This document shows, one piece after another, positions 41,289-50,945 of a stretch of 64,000 nt of DNA (its first letter is position 1; every line of letters starts with the position of its first letter). The position numbers were made by a program, and so were the translations under genes. The notes below the pieces were generated by a model, which was not told the origin of the DNA, made no database searches, and saw only the letters and a list, made by a program, of their open reading frames with translations. The DNA comes from Vulcanimicrobiota bacterium. GTDB taxonomy: Bacteria > Vulcanimicrobiota > Vulcanimicrobiia > Vulcanimicrobiales > Vulcanimicrobiaceae. Where the stretch lies: the NCBI GenBank assembly GCA_963714015.1, contig OY970223.1:1984001-2048000 (forward strand). The letters run 5' to 3'.

Positions 41289-42291
41289 CATCGGCGAACG
41301 CGTCCACGTCTGCAGCCTGCGTTGCGTGATGCGTCATCCACCGGACTTCCGGCAGCGCGTCGTCGAAGACGTAGAAGAAATGCTCCTGTTGAATTCGAGG
41401 AATTGCGGCGCGGTCGAGCGTTGCAAAGATTGCGTTGCATTCTACGGGCCGGGTGACGCGCACCGCAGGAATGGCGCGCAATCGCCCCTCCAAACGGCGA
41501 GTCATTTCGTTGGCGTGCGAGGCGTACATGCGCCAGCGATCGTCTTGCAGCAGCGCCAAGAACTGGGCCGCGATGAAGCGCATCTTTGAAGCAAGCTGCA
41601 TGCCCTGCTTTCGCGCGAACTTTGCGGCGCCCGCATGCAGCGTCCGATCGAAAAACACGATTGCCTCGCCGAAGACCAGCCCGTTCTTCGTTCCGCCGAA
41701 AGTCAAGACGTCGACGCCGAGATCCCGGGTGCATTCGCGCAGACCCAGTTTGAGCGCCGCCGCCGCATTGGCAATGCGCGCGCCGTCCATATGCACGTAC
41801 CAGCCTTGCGCGTGAGCGAATGCGCAAAGTTCGCGCAGCTCTTCGGGAGTATAGAGCGTTCCGTACTCGGTCGATTGTGAGATGGAAATGACCCGGGGAA
41901 CGACATGGTGTTCGTCGGGCGCTTTATCCGCATAGGGCAGCAAATCGCCCGGGCAAAGTTTTCCGTCAGCCGTGCCGATCGGCAGCACTTTGCAGCCCGT
42001 GAAACGCTCGAAAGCGCCGCATTCGTCGGTCTGCAGATGTGCCGAGGAGGGACAGATCACCGCTTCGTAAGGCTTGAGCAGACAACTCAGCGCTACGACG
42101 TTTGCGCCGGTTCCGTTGAATGCAAAATACGCGTCCGTCGATTCGCCGAAAATCTGGCGGAAGCGTTCGCGTGCTCGGTTCGTGTATTCGTCGTCGCCAT
42201 ACGAGATGACGTCGCCGTCGTTGGCATCGACCAGCGCTTCGAGGACTGCCGGCGCAGCCGGGGCGTTATTGTCGCTGGCAAAGGTACGCAT
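41254..42291 (-). CDS. ltaE: Low-specificity L-threonine aldolase
   Basis: FASDN, NGTGAN, HMDGARIANA, GGTKNG (PLP lysine), SKMRF. Confidence 0.92.
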   Translation of the reverse strand: MRTFASDNNAPAAPAVLEALVDANDGDVISYGDDEYTNRARERFRQIFGESTDAYFAFNGTGANVVALSCLLKPYEAVICPSSAHLQTDECGAFERFTGCKVLPIGTADGKLCPGDLLPYADKAPDEHHVVPRVISISQSTEYGTLYTPEELRELCAFAHAQGWYVHMDGARIANAAAALKLGLRECTRDLGVDVLTFGGTKNGLVFGEAIVFFDRTLHAGAAKFARKQGMQLASKMRFIAAQFLALLQDDRWRMYASHANEMTRRLEGRLRAIPAVRVTRPVECNAIFATLDRAAIPRIQQEHFFYVFDDALPEVRWMTHHATQAADVDAFADAIARATATLSG

Positions 42292-42311
42292 TTCGCGTGA
42301 GGTTGGGTAAA

Positions 42312-43040
42312 ATGCGCCCGCCCCCTATGCAACAAAACCTTCTGCTGGGTGTGTTGCCGGAGATCGAACGCAGGCGCATCGCCGACTACTGCGAGGTCGT
42401 CCAATTGTCGCCGCGCAGCACGCTGTACGAACCGGATGCTCCGATAAACCACGTCTGGTTTCCGCACTCCGGGGTCTGTTCCACACTGGTGCATGTCGAA
42501 AACGGCGAGGCGGTCGAAATTGGATTGGTCGGGCGGGAAGGGCTGGTGGGACTTCCGCTGGTCCTTGGGGGCAGTACCAATTCGTTCCACGTCATCGTCC
42601 AAGTCGGCGGCTCTGCGACGCGCATCGCCAAGCAGCCGTTCGTCGACGTCGTGCTTGCGCCCGGGCACCCGTTCTGCAAGGGATTGCTCCAGTACGCCAA
42701 TCTTTATGTGTCAAACGTGGCACAAACCGCAGCGTGCAATCGTCTGCACCGGATCGAACAGCGCCTCGCGCGATGGCTGCTCGATCTGCAGGAAAGAACG
42801 GGCGGCGACACGCTTCCGCTGACGCACGAATTTCTGGGCTTGATGGTGGGCGCATACCGTCCCTCCGTTACGAATGCGCTCAAGGCTTTCGAGGAACGTG
42901 AGGTGCTGGAATTGGGGCGCGGCTCGCTGCGCATTCGAAGCCGGGAGAAGCTTTGCGCGGAGGCATGCGACTGCCATGAAGCGATGCAGCGCCGAACCCA
43001 TGCAACGCTGGCGCAGATTCAAGCCCTCGCTGCGGCCTAA
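42312..43040 (+). CDS. Crp/Fnr family transcriptional regulator
   Basis: NLLL..LP, GLVGREG, ACNRLHRIEQRLARWLL, LTHEFLG..RPSVT. Confidence 0.92.
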   Translation: MRPPPMQQNLLLGVLPEIERRRIADYCEVVQLSPRSTLYEPDAPINHVWFPHSGVCSTLVHVENGEAVEIGLVGREGLVGLPLVLGGSTNSFHVIVQVGGSATRIAKQPFVDVVLAPGHPFCKGLLQYANLYVSNVAQTAACNRLHRIEQRLARWLLDLQERTGGDTLPLTHEFLGLMVGAYRPSVTNALKAFEEREVLELGRGSLRIRSREKLCAEACDCHEAMQRRTHATLAQIQALAAA

Positions 43041-43131
43041 ATAGGCCAGTTTTGGGCTGCGTTTGGTACGATTCCAGACTGTTGGACGAGCCTCATAGCC
43101 CTTAATATTTCTAAATGGTCCGGAGCATTCT

Positions 43132-43872
43132 TTGAACAGCCCGTTGGCGCCTGATTTTAGAGCCAACGCTCTCCTTCGCGCTATGCCGCAGGGTGAAGCG
43201 GAGCGCCTAAGCCGGTACTTCAAAGTTACCGCACTCGTTCAGGGACGGCGGCTTTCCAGCGCCGAGGATTCGCTGACGCATCTTTATTTCCCGATTTCCG
43301 GCGTCGTTTCGCGCGTGGCTCAGTTGCCGTCGGGAGAGACGATCGAAGCGGGCCTGCAAGGAAATGAAGGCGCCGTCGGTTTTCCGCTTGCGCTCGGCGG
43401 AGTATACGGCATCGGCGTGAATCGCGTGCAATTGGCCGGGGAAGCCCTCTCCATTTCGGCTGCCGATTATGAAGAGCACGTTCGCCAACCCGGGGCACCG
43501 CTTCAAGACGCGATGCTGTTATATGCCGATCTGCAGCTGCAAATTCTCACGCATCTTGCTGCGTGCCACGGGCTGCACCGCATCGAACAGCGCCTGAGCC
43601 GTTGCATTCTCTCGCTCAGCGACTGCGCCGGCGCCAACGGGTCAGTCCGCGTCACGCATGAAATGCTCGCTGATTTTTTGGGCGTACATCGCCCCTCGAT
43701 TACCTACGCGCTCCAAGCCTTGGCAGCCGGCGGTTTGGTGACTCTCGAAAGACGGCGCCTGGTGGTGCGGAGCCGCCAAGGTTTAATGGAGCGCTCGTGC
43801 GAGTGCTATGGCGTGCTGCGCGATCTTCGCGAGCGCAGCTTTCGAAAGATCCGCAGCGTAGGAAACGACTAA
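43132..43872 (+). CDS. Crp/Fnr family transcriptional regulator (tandem paralog)
   Basis: NALL..MP, GNEG, ACHGLHRIEQRLSR, VTHEMLA..RPSIT, SCECY. Confidence 0.92.
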   Translation: MNSPLAPDFRANALLRAMPQGEAERLSRYFKVTALVQGRRLSSAEDSLTHLYFPISGVVSRVAQLPSGETIEAGLQGNEGAVGFPLALGGVYGIGVNRVQLAGEALSISAADYEEHVRQPGAPLQDAMLLYADLQLQILTHLAACHGLHRIEQRLSRCILSLSDCAGANGSVRVTHEMLADFLGVHRPSITYALQALAAGGLVTLERRRLVVRSRQGLMERSCECYGVLRDLRERSFRKIRSVGND

Positions 43873-43875
43873 GCC

Positions 43876-45360
43876 CTATTCCGCGGCCGCTACAGGCACT
43901 GCACCGCTTCGGCGCGACGGCCGCATGAAAATGACGAGCGGCGCCGTCACGAAAAATACGATGGCGGAAACCCGGAATAAATAATCGTAGCTGATCACTT
44001 GCGAAGCCACGCCGACGAGCTGATCCAGAACGGCGATTGAGTAGCCGTGGGTCTGCGTCACCCCGGACGCGAGTGCATTTTGCGCGACCGCCTCTTGCCG
44101 CGCCAGCAGCGTCGTGAGGATGGCGATGCCGAAACTGCCGCCGAGCTGCCGCAGCAAGACGTTCACGCCGGTTGCTCCCGCGAGTTCTTCCTTCGGAACC
44201 GCACCGAGCGTAACCGTGGAGAGCGGCACGAATAAGAACCCGAGAGCCAATCCCTGCACGACGCGCGGCCAGAAGACGTCCCAATAACCTGCGTTTTCGT
44301 TCAAGCCGCCCATCCACCACGTCGAGATGCCGAAAATGACCATCCCCACACCGACGAGCAACCGGGGATCGATTTTTCCGAGGATACGTCCGCAGATCAG
44401 CATGCTTATCGCGGTCGCAATCGCGCCGGGCAGCAGCGCCATTCCGGTGTCGAATGCCGTGAATCCCAGCACCATTTGAAAAAATAGCGGCAAGACCAAG
44501 CTCGTTCCGAACAAACCGAAGCCGCTGATGAAGCCGATGACGTTGCCGATCGTAAACGTTCGGAAGCGGAATACGTTTAAATCGACGAGCGGATGCCGGT
44601 CGCGCAGCGATTTGACGATGAACCAGATGACGCCGATTGCGGCGACGATGCTGAGGATCCAGATCGATGTGGACTGATACCAGTCGTCGTGCTGCCCGCG
44701 CTCCAGCACGTACTGCAGCGATGCAAGGCCCGCAGCGAGCAGCGTGAGTCCCCACCAGTCGATGCCGCCCTTCGGCTTTTGCAAGAAGTGCGGATTGGGA
44801 ATGAACATGAGCGTCATCACGAACGCCGCAATGCCGATGGGAATGTTGATGAAGAAGATCAGCGGCCAGGAATAATTGTCGACGATGTAGCCGCCCAGTG
44901 TCGGTCCGATCGCGGGGCCGACCATCGCGCCTAATCCGAAGATCGCCATTGCGGCGCCGCGCTTTTCGGGCGGATACGTTTCGAACAAGATGGCCTGCGC
45001 CGTCGGCTGCAGCGCGCCGCCGCCGAAGCCCTGCAGCACCCGGTAAAAGACGAGCTGCCAGATGCTGGTCGCGGTTCCGCAAAGCAGAGAGGACACCGTG
45101 AAGATCGTGAGGCACGCGGCATAGAAATTTTTTCTTCCGAAATACGCCGTGAGCCAGCCGTTCAGCGGCATCGTGATCACGCTCGCGAGAATATAGCCGG
45201 TCGCAACCCACGAAACTTCGTCGATCGAAGCACCGAGGTTGCCGGCGATGTCGTCCAAAGCTACGTTGACGATCGTGGCGTCGATGATGGCCATGATGAG
45301 CCCAAGCATGACCGTGATCGTGATAAGGGCTACCGGAGCGTTTTGGCGCGCGCGAAACAT
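43876..45360 (-). CDS. DHA2 (EmrB/QacA) MFS efflux permease
   Basis: IDATIVNVAL, RVLQGFGGG, GPAIGPTLGGYI..W..IFFINIPIG; 14-TM pattern. Confidence 0.94.
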   Translation of the reverse strand: MFRARQNAPVALITITVMLGLIMAIIDATIVNVALDDIAGNLGASIDEVSWVATGYILASVITMPLNGWLTAYFGRKNFYAACLTIFTVSSLLCGTATSIWQLVFYRVLQGFGGGALQPTAQAILFETYPPEKRGAAMAIFGLGAMVGPAIGPTLGGYIVDNYSWPLIFFINIPIGIAAFVMTLMFIPNPHFLQKPKGGIDWWGLTLLAAGLASLQYVLERGQHDDWYQSTSIWILSIVAAIGVIWFIVKSLRDRHPLVDLNVFRFRTFTIGNVIGFISGFGLFGTSLVLPLFFQMVLGFTAFDTGMALLPGAIATAISMLICGRILGKIDPRLLVGVGMVIFGISTWWMGGLNENAGYWDVFWPRVVQGLALGFLFVPLSTVTLGAVPKEELAGATGVNVLLRQLGGSFGIAILTTLLARQEAVAQNALASGVTQTHGYSIAVLDQLVGVASQVISYDYLFRVSAIVFFVTAPLVIFMRPSRRSGAVPVAAAE

Positions 45361-45420
45361 CCCGGGCTAAGTGAGAATTTTGGGTGCGGCGTTCCTTCGC
45401 GTGCTGCCCGCGGACCGTCA

Positions 45421-45503
45421 AAAACAAAAAAAACAGAGGCCGGCGTTACAAATGGGCAGAGCGCTCGCTCTTGCCGGCGAAGCGTCTGTAACGGCAGCCT
45501 CCT
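45421..45503 (-). ncRNA. Candidate structured leader/attenuator or small RNA (~85 nt)
   Basis: Extended -10 TGcTAATAT just upstream. Nested stems GAGGCU/GGCCUC, CGUUACAGA/UUUGUAACG and GGC.AGAGC/GCUCUGCC, then GUUUUUUUUGUUUUU. Confidence 0.5.
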
Positions 45504-45564
45504 GAGCTAATATTAGCATGCGGCGGCTGGGCGGAGAATTAAGGCGATTGCCTAAGCATTAGGC

Positions 45565-47454
45565 GTGCCGAACCGATTTGTTCGCCTCGCCTATTTGCTT
45601 GCCGCCGTGAGCCTGCTTTTCCTTGGAGCAGCGAGCGCCGCGCCGGCCGACACCGATGAAACGACGCAAGGCGTCAACCCCAGTACCGTCGGCATGCAGC
45701 CCATTACCGGTCCGATTCCGGTCGTCACGCCGGCTCCCGGCGAATCGCGTCTGACCCGGCGCGAGGACGGAACGTACGCCGCGGTTCCGCTGGTTCAGGG
45801 CAGGACGCGGACGTTCCATTTGGTCGAACGCGACGCGCCGTGGACACTGCAACCGGGCTTGACGGTGATGGCCAAAACCTACAACGGTGTAGTGCCCGGC
45901 CCGACGCTGGTGGTGCACGAAGGCGATCGCGTCGTCATCGACTACACCAACTCGCAGAATGTTCCCGATACGATTCACCTGCACGGGATTCACGGCATCC
46001 CCATTCAGATGGACGGCGTAGCGGGAATCTCTCAACCGCTGGTTCAGAACGGCGGTGCTTACCGCTACGCGTTTACCGCCGATCGATCCGGAACGTTCAT
46101 TTACCATTCGCACGACAACGAAGAGATGGTCAATAGCGGACTTTACGGAGCGATCGTCGTTTTGCCCACGCATCCTACGCCGCAGGAGCGGGCGGATCGC
46201 GATTATGTGGAGATGCTCTCGTCGTGGACGATTCAGAGCTTAAGTGAGAATCATTTCACGATTAACGGTAAAGAGTATCCGGCGACGGCCCCGATTACCG
46301 TGCGCAAGGGACAGCGCGTGAGAATCCGCTGGATCAACATGTCCGGCGAGAATTTTCATACGATGCATACGCACGGGCATTATCAGACGGTCATCGCGCG
46401 AGACGCCCAGCCGGTGACCTACCGCGACGTCGAAGACACGGTCATGCTCGGGCCGGGACAGCGCGTCGACGTAATCGTCGACGCCAACCAAAGCCCGGGA
46501 AATTGGCTGGTGCATTGTCACGTTCTGGATCACACCGAAGACAACATGGGCATGCCGGACGGCTTGGTAACCGTAATCCACTACGAAGGCACTCCGAACG
46601 ACGCTGCCGCGATGAACAACGTCATGCGCGCGCGTTTGCCGAGCTTCGGCAACACCGCCCGATCGCTTTCGTTCGGATTGACGGTACTGCTTGGAGCGAT
46701 CGCGGGCTTCACGATATTTCTGGGTTTGCCGATCGCCCGGATGCGTAACGTCTCACCCAACACGATCGGCGCTCTAAACGCGATAGCCATCGGAATCCTA
46801 GCCTACCTGGTCGTCGAGATTGCCGGCAATGCCACCGCCACGATCGCCAACGCCGTTCACCAGGTGCATGGAGGCGGGGGATCTTCGGGGACGGTGGCGA
46901 TGCTGTCCGCTGCGTACGTCGCCGGATTCTTCGCGGGCCTCGTCGGACTGGGAAGCCTCGCGGCGAAGATCAGCAAACGCGCCGCATCGGAAACGCACGA
47001 TCCGTACATGCTCGCGGCAGTTATCGCGATAGGCATCGGCGCGCATAACTTTGCGGAAGGGTTGGCGATCGGCGCCTCGGCCGCGTCAGGCGCGACGGCG
47101 ATTGCCGTCGGCTTGATCGTCGGTTTCGGTTTGCACAACGCAACTGAGGGCTTCGGTATTGCGGCGCCGCTGGCGGGCCGGGTCATTCCACGGCGCCGCT
47201 TGCTGCTGCTCGCCGGACTGGTTGCCGGCGGCCCCACCTTTCTTGGAACCGTCATCGGGTACGCGTTCCAATCTCCGCTGCTCTCGGTGCTTTTCTTGGC
47301 CACTGCTACCGGTGCGCTGCTCTTCGTCATCGGCGAGCTCTGGAGTGTCTTGCGCCGCAGCCCCGGCCTGACCGCGGCGATGACGTCGGCGTTAGCTTGC
47401 GGATTTTTCATCGCGCTGGCTACGGAACTGCTCCTGGACGTTTACGGCGGCTAG
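45565..47454 (+). CDS. Two-domain multicopper oxidase fused to a ZIP (ZupT-like) metal transporter
   Basis: Signal peptide; Cu motifs IHLHG, YHSH, HTMHTHGH and HCHVLDH..M; then 8-TM ZIP domain with HNFAEG and HNATEG; one uninterrupted 629-aa ORF. Confidence 0.9.
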   Translation: MPNRFVRLAYLLAAVSLLFLGAASAAPADTDETTQGVNPSTVGMQPITGPIPVVTPAPGESRLTRREDGTYAAVPLVQGRTRTFHLVERDAPWTLQPGLTVMAKTYNGVVPGPTLVVHEGDRVVIDYTNSQNVPDTIHLHGIHGIPIQMDGVAGISQPLVQNGGAYRYAFTADRSGTFIYHSHDNEEMVNSGLYGAIVVLPTHPTPQERADRDYVEMLSSWTIQSLSENHFTINGKEYPATAPITVRKGQRVRIRWINMSGENFHTMHTHGHYQTVIARDAQPVTYRDVEDTVMLGPGQRVDVIVDANQSPGNWLVHCHVLDHTEDNMGMPDGLVTVIHYEGTPNDAAAMNNVMRARLPSFGNTARSLSFGLTVLLGAIAGFTIFLGLPIARMRNVSPNTIGALNAIAIGILAYLVVEIAGNATATIANAVHQVHGGGGSSGTVAMLSAAYVAGFFAGLVGLGSLAAKISKRAASETHDPYMLAAVIAIGIGAHNFAEGLAIGASAASGATAIAVGLIVGFGLHNATEGFGIAAPLAGRVIPRRRLLLLAGLVAGGPTFLGTVIGYAFQSPLLSVLFLATATGALLFVIGELWSVLRRSPGLTAAMTSALACGFFIALATELLLDVYGG

Positions 47455-47564
47455 CGCTTGCGGGAAATCACGTTTCCCGCGCCTCGCGCGCTATGGTCCT
47501 ACGTGGGCGTGGCGGCGAGAAAGTGAGGGCCCTGTTGCGGAAACTTGGGAACAATCGTGGCGCT

Positions 47565-48233
47565 ATGAAAATCGGTATCGTAGGTTCGGGAGACATCGGC
47601 GGAACGCTTGGACGGTTGTGGGCCAAGGCGGGACACCAAGTGTATTACAGCTTTTCGCACGACGAAGGCAAGCTCGAGCGGCTCGCGGCCGATTCGGGCA
47701 ACGGTTCCAAAGCAGTGAGCGCGTATGATGCGGTCCGCTGCGCGGAAGTGGTGCTTTTTTCACCTCCGTGGACGGCGCAAGACGAAGCGATAAAGCAGAT
47801 GGGCCGCTTCGAGGGGCAAATCGTCATCGATACGACCAATCCTTACGACGAGAACATGAACGTGCAGACGTTCTCGGACAAGGACTCCTCAAGCGAACAT
47901 ATCGAGCGCAAGTTGCCCGGAGCGAAGGTGATCAAAGCATTCAACACGCTCAAGGACGAGACGCTGGCATCGCGCACCGGCCAAGGATTGGTGATTTTTC
48001 TTGCGGGTAACCATCCCGCGGTGAAGTCCAATGAGGTCTCGGAACTGATCCGCGACGCGGGTTTCGTTCCGTTCGACGTCGGGCCGCTGCACGAAGGCAA
48101 GAAACAAGAGCCCAACACGGATCGTTACCTGAAAGAGCTGACTGCGGAGCAGGCCGAACGTCTGGTCAACGGAACCACCGCTAAAACCGAGAAGGGCGAG
48201 ATTCGCACCGGGAACAGAGCGGCCGTCTCTTAG
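47565..48233 (+). CDS. NADP oxidoreductase (F420-dependent NADP oxidoreductase family)
   Basis: MKIGIVGSGDIGG Rossmann motif, IDTTNP, VIKAFNT. Confidence 0.88.
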   Translation: MKIGIVGSGDIGGTLGRLWAKAGHQVYYSFSHDEGKLERLAADSGNGSKAVSAYDAVRCAEVVLFSPPWTAQDEAIKQMGRFEGQIVIDTTNPYDENMNVQTFSDKDSSSEHIERKLPGAKVIKAFNTLKDETLASRTGQGLVIFLAGNHPAVKSNEVSELIRDAGFVPFDVGPLHEGKKQEPNTDRYLKELTAEQAERLVNGTTAKTEKGEIRTGNRAAVS

Positions 48234-48301
48234 CGCGAGGAGTATGGGTCGGCGCGAGGCACGCAGCGCAAGGATGAATCGCTGCGTGCGTCGGCCGGTT
48301 T

Positions 48302-49264
48302 ATGAGCCGCATGAGCACGACGCACCCGAAGGGGCAGTTTCCGGCGGAGCAATCGGAGCAGGGCGAATTCGTCCGCCAGGGCGATGCATTCCGCAGATGG
48401 ATACGCGCCGACGGAAGCGGCGATTTTCCCGCCGAAGCGGGCCGCTACCACCTCTACGTTTCATTGGCATGTCCGTGGGCGCACCGGACGGTTATCGTTC
48501 GAAAGATCAAGCGCCTGGAGCAGGCAATTGGGATGACGGTCCTCGACCCCGTGCGCGACGACTTGGGTTGGGCGTTTCGCGAAGTTCCCGGCGCTTCGCG
48601 CGACCCGCTCAACGGCTTTTCTTACCTGAGCGATGCGTACCGCGTCACGGATCCGGATTATCGCGGGCGCGTGACGGTACCGGTGCTTTGGGACAAGCAG
48701 ACCAGGCAAATCGTCAGCAACTCGGACGACGACATCATGCGCATGTTCGAAACGGAGTTCGACGCGTTTGGCGATGCATCGCCGGAGCTTTACCCCGCCC
48801 CATACCGGGCGGAGATCGACGCGATGAACGAATGGATCTACGAGACGTTCAACAACGGCGTGTATCGCGCCGGATTCGCCACGACGCAGCACGTGTACGA
48901 AAAAGCCGCGTATGAAGTATTCCAAACTCTTGACAAACTGGAGCAACGGCTCGGAGATCGCCGTTACTTGATCGACGCGCGGCCCGTCGAAACGGACTGG
49001 CGCGCGTTCGTGACGCTGATTCGCTTTGACGCCGTGTACTTCGGACATTTCAAGTGCAACCTGCGCCGGATCGTCGACTATCCCAGCCTTTGGGGTTATC
49101 TGCGCGACCTCTATCAGTACGACGGCGTAGCGGACACGGTGAATTTCGATCACATCAAACGTCACTACTACTATACGCATGACGACATCAACCCGACTCG
49201 CATCGTGCCGATCGGTCCCGAACTGGATCTAACGTCGCCCCACGGCCGCGAGCGTCTGCTCTAA
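48302..49264 (+). CDS. Glutathionyl-hydroquinone reductase (YqjG-like GST)
   Basis: YHLYVSLACPWAHR, TVPVLWD, NNGVYRAGFA, RFDAVY..HFKCN, HIKRHYY. Confidence 0.93.
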   Translation: MSRMSTTHPKGQFPAEQSEQGEFVRQGDAFRRWIRADGSGDFPAEAGRYHLYVSLACPWAHRTVIVRKIKRLEQAIGMTVLDPVRDDLGWAFREVPGASRDPLNGFSYLSDAYRVTDPDYRGRVTVPVLWDKQTRQIVSNSDDDIMRMFETEFDAFGDASPELYPAPYRAEIDAMNEWIYETFNNGVYRAGFATTQHVYEKAAYEVFQTLDKLEQRLGDRRYLIDARPVETDWRAFVTLIRFDAVYFGHFKCNLRRIVDYPSLWGYLRDLYQYDGVADTVNFDHIKRHYYYTHDDINPTRIVPIGPELDLTSPHGRERLL

Positions 49265-49328
49265 GAACGAGGCGCCTCGGCCCCGCTGCCGCAGCGGCGT
49301 ATTATCAGGCGAAGGCAAACCGGGAACG

Positions 49329-49976
49329 ATGGGCCAATGCTGCCGCGTGGACTGGCATTTCGCGCTGACAGCGTTCGCCGCAGTGTTCACGATCATCGAT
49401 CCCATCGGGATGATTCCGCTCACCTTGGCGGCGACGATTACGTCGGTGCCCGATAAGCGAACGAAGATCGTCGATCAAGCTGTATTCGTTGCGGCGATCG
49501 TGATGGCCGTGATGGGCCTCATCGGACGCGCGTTGCTGAATTATCTGGGCATCACGCTTCCGGCGTTTCAAATCGCCGGAGGCATTCTACTTTTTCTGAT
49601 CGCGATCGATATGCTGTTCGCCCGTCCCACGGGCGCCAAACGAACGCCGGAAGAAGAGCGGGAAGCCGCATTGGCCGAAAATCCCGCGGTCTTTCCGCTG
49701 GCGATCCCGATGATCGCCGGCCCGGGGACGATTGCTACGGTGATGCTGCTTGTAAACTCGGCGCACGGCGACGGACCGCGCCTCACGATCGTTGCGGCGT
49801 CCTGCGCCGCGGCGTTGATAATCACATGGTTTGCCATGCGCGGCGCGACCCGCTTTCAGCACCTTATCGGCAGCACGGGCATTCATGTCGTAACACGGCT
49901 GCTGGGTATCATTCTTGCGGCGCTCGCGGTGCAATTCGTGATGAATGGCCTGCACGAACATAATCCACTGCTGTAG
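49329..49976 (+). CDS. MarC family membrane protein (start may be GTG near 49347)
   Basis: IIDPIG, FQIAGGILL, PLAIPMIAGPGTI, TRLLGIILAA. Confidence 0.93.
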   Translation: MGQCCRVDWHFALTAFAAVFTIIDPIGMIPLTLAATITSVPDKRTKIVDQAVFVAAIVMAVMGLIGRALLNYLGITLPAFQIAGGILLFLIAIDMLFARPTGAKRTPEEEREAALAENPAVFPLAIPMIAGPGTIATVMLLVNSAHGDGPRLTIVAASCAAALIITWFAMRGATRFQHLIGSTGIHVVTRLLGIILAALAVQFVMNGLHEHNPLL

Positions 49977-50103
49977 GCAGCAAGCATGCGCTCAGCGGGC
50001 TCCCCTGCCAGCGCTCGGCCGTTGCTGAATCAGACCGTATCGCGGCTTGGATCCGGCCGGGACGGCTCGGAGGCATGGTATAATCGGTAGTCCAGGAGGA
50101 CTA

Positions 50104-50328
50104 GTGCAAACGCTCTACTTGAATCCGCCTATTACCGGCGTCGTTGCGCTTCCCGCACAGCCGGTGCGATTCTGCCGGGGTTCGGCCTTCTACGCGTACC
50201 CGAAGTTTAAGATCTTGCGTTTTGTGGTCGCCGCCGCCGTGCGGCCGCTGAGGCATGCCGGACTGAGCCGGCGTTTACGGTCGCAGTGGTGCGCGGTGCG
50301 CGCGCATAGTTCATGGAGCCGCATTTAG
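50104..50328 (+). CDS. Small basic hypothetical protein (74 aa)
   Basis: Extended -10 TGgTATAAT (50076-50084) and AGGAGG (50094-50099) precede the GTG start. Confidence 0.5.
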   Translation: MQTLYLNPPITGVVALPAQPVRFCRGSAFYAYPKFKILRFVVAAAVRPLRHAGLSRRLRSQWCAVRAHSSWSRI

Positions 50329-50726
50329 GTCCCGGTCCGAGCGCTCCCGGCTTCGTGTTTGGAGGGAACGCGCAGGCAGACGTGCGTGCCTTGCGGCGTG
50401 ACTTCAATCGACATCGGCAGACGCGTGTTGCGCAAGATCGCCTCTCGCAGTTCGCCGTGCGTTGCACCGACGGTGCGGCCTTGCGTGTAGACGTGAACTG
50501 TAGGCCCGCCCACCGACTGCTCGACCAGAACCGCCAGCGCGATATGCCCGCGGACCATCTCCGCGCCGAGCAGTTCACCCAAAACGGTTTCGACGCTGAA
50601 CAAATCCGCGTCGCCGTTCTGCGTGAGCTTCGCCAGTTCTTCAATAACCGCGTGGCGCACGCTGGCAACAGCATAAGCGTCGGCGCAGTCGATAGACCAC
50701 TTCACCCTTGGAAAAATTCCCCGCAC
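50325..50726 (-). CDS. Hypothetical protein, possibly a degenerate RsbW-like HATPase fold
   Basis: A.AVASVRHAV..L..D.FSVETVLGELL..GT.V.L.V pattern resembles anti-sigma kinases but lacks the N-box Asn and G boxes. Confidence 0.5.
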   Translation of the reverse strand: MRGIFPRVKWSIDCADAYAVASVRHAVIEELAKLTQNGDADLFSVETVLGELLGAEMVRGHIALAVLVEQSVGGPTVHVYTQGRTVGATHGELREAILRNTRLPMSIEVTPQGTHVCLRVPSKHEAGSARTGT

Positions 50727-50945
50727 CTATATTATTAAACCGTCCTAAGCCCAAAGTTTACACGCGCGCTGCCCCCAGCCCGGACGAAATAAAAAGCGCT
50801 CAGTTCATGAAAACCGTGTCGTTCGTGCGCAGCATCAGTAAGATTGAATTTTTCGTAAAGTTGCTCGCAGAGCAGGCGAGCAGGCAGTCGTGCTGCTTCC
50901 TTTGCTGCATCCATCGAGCGCCGCGATGCGTTATAAGGAGCACGT

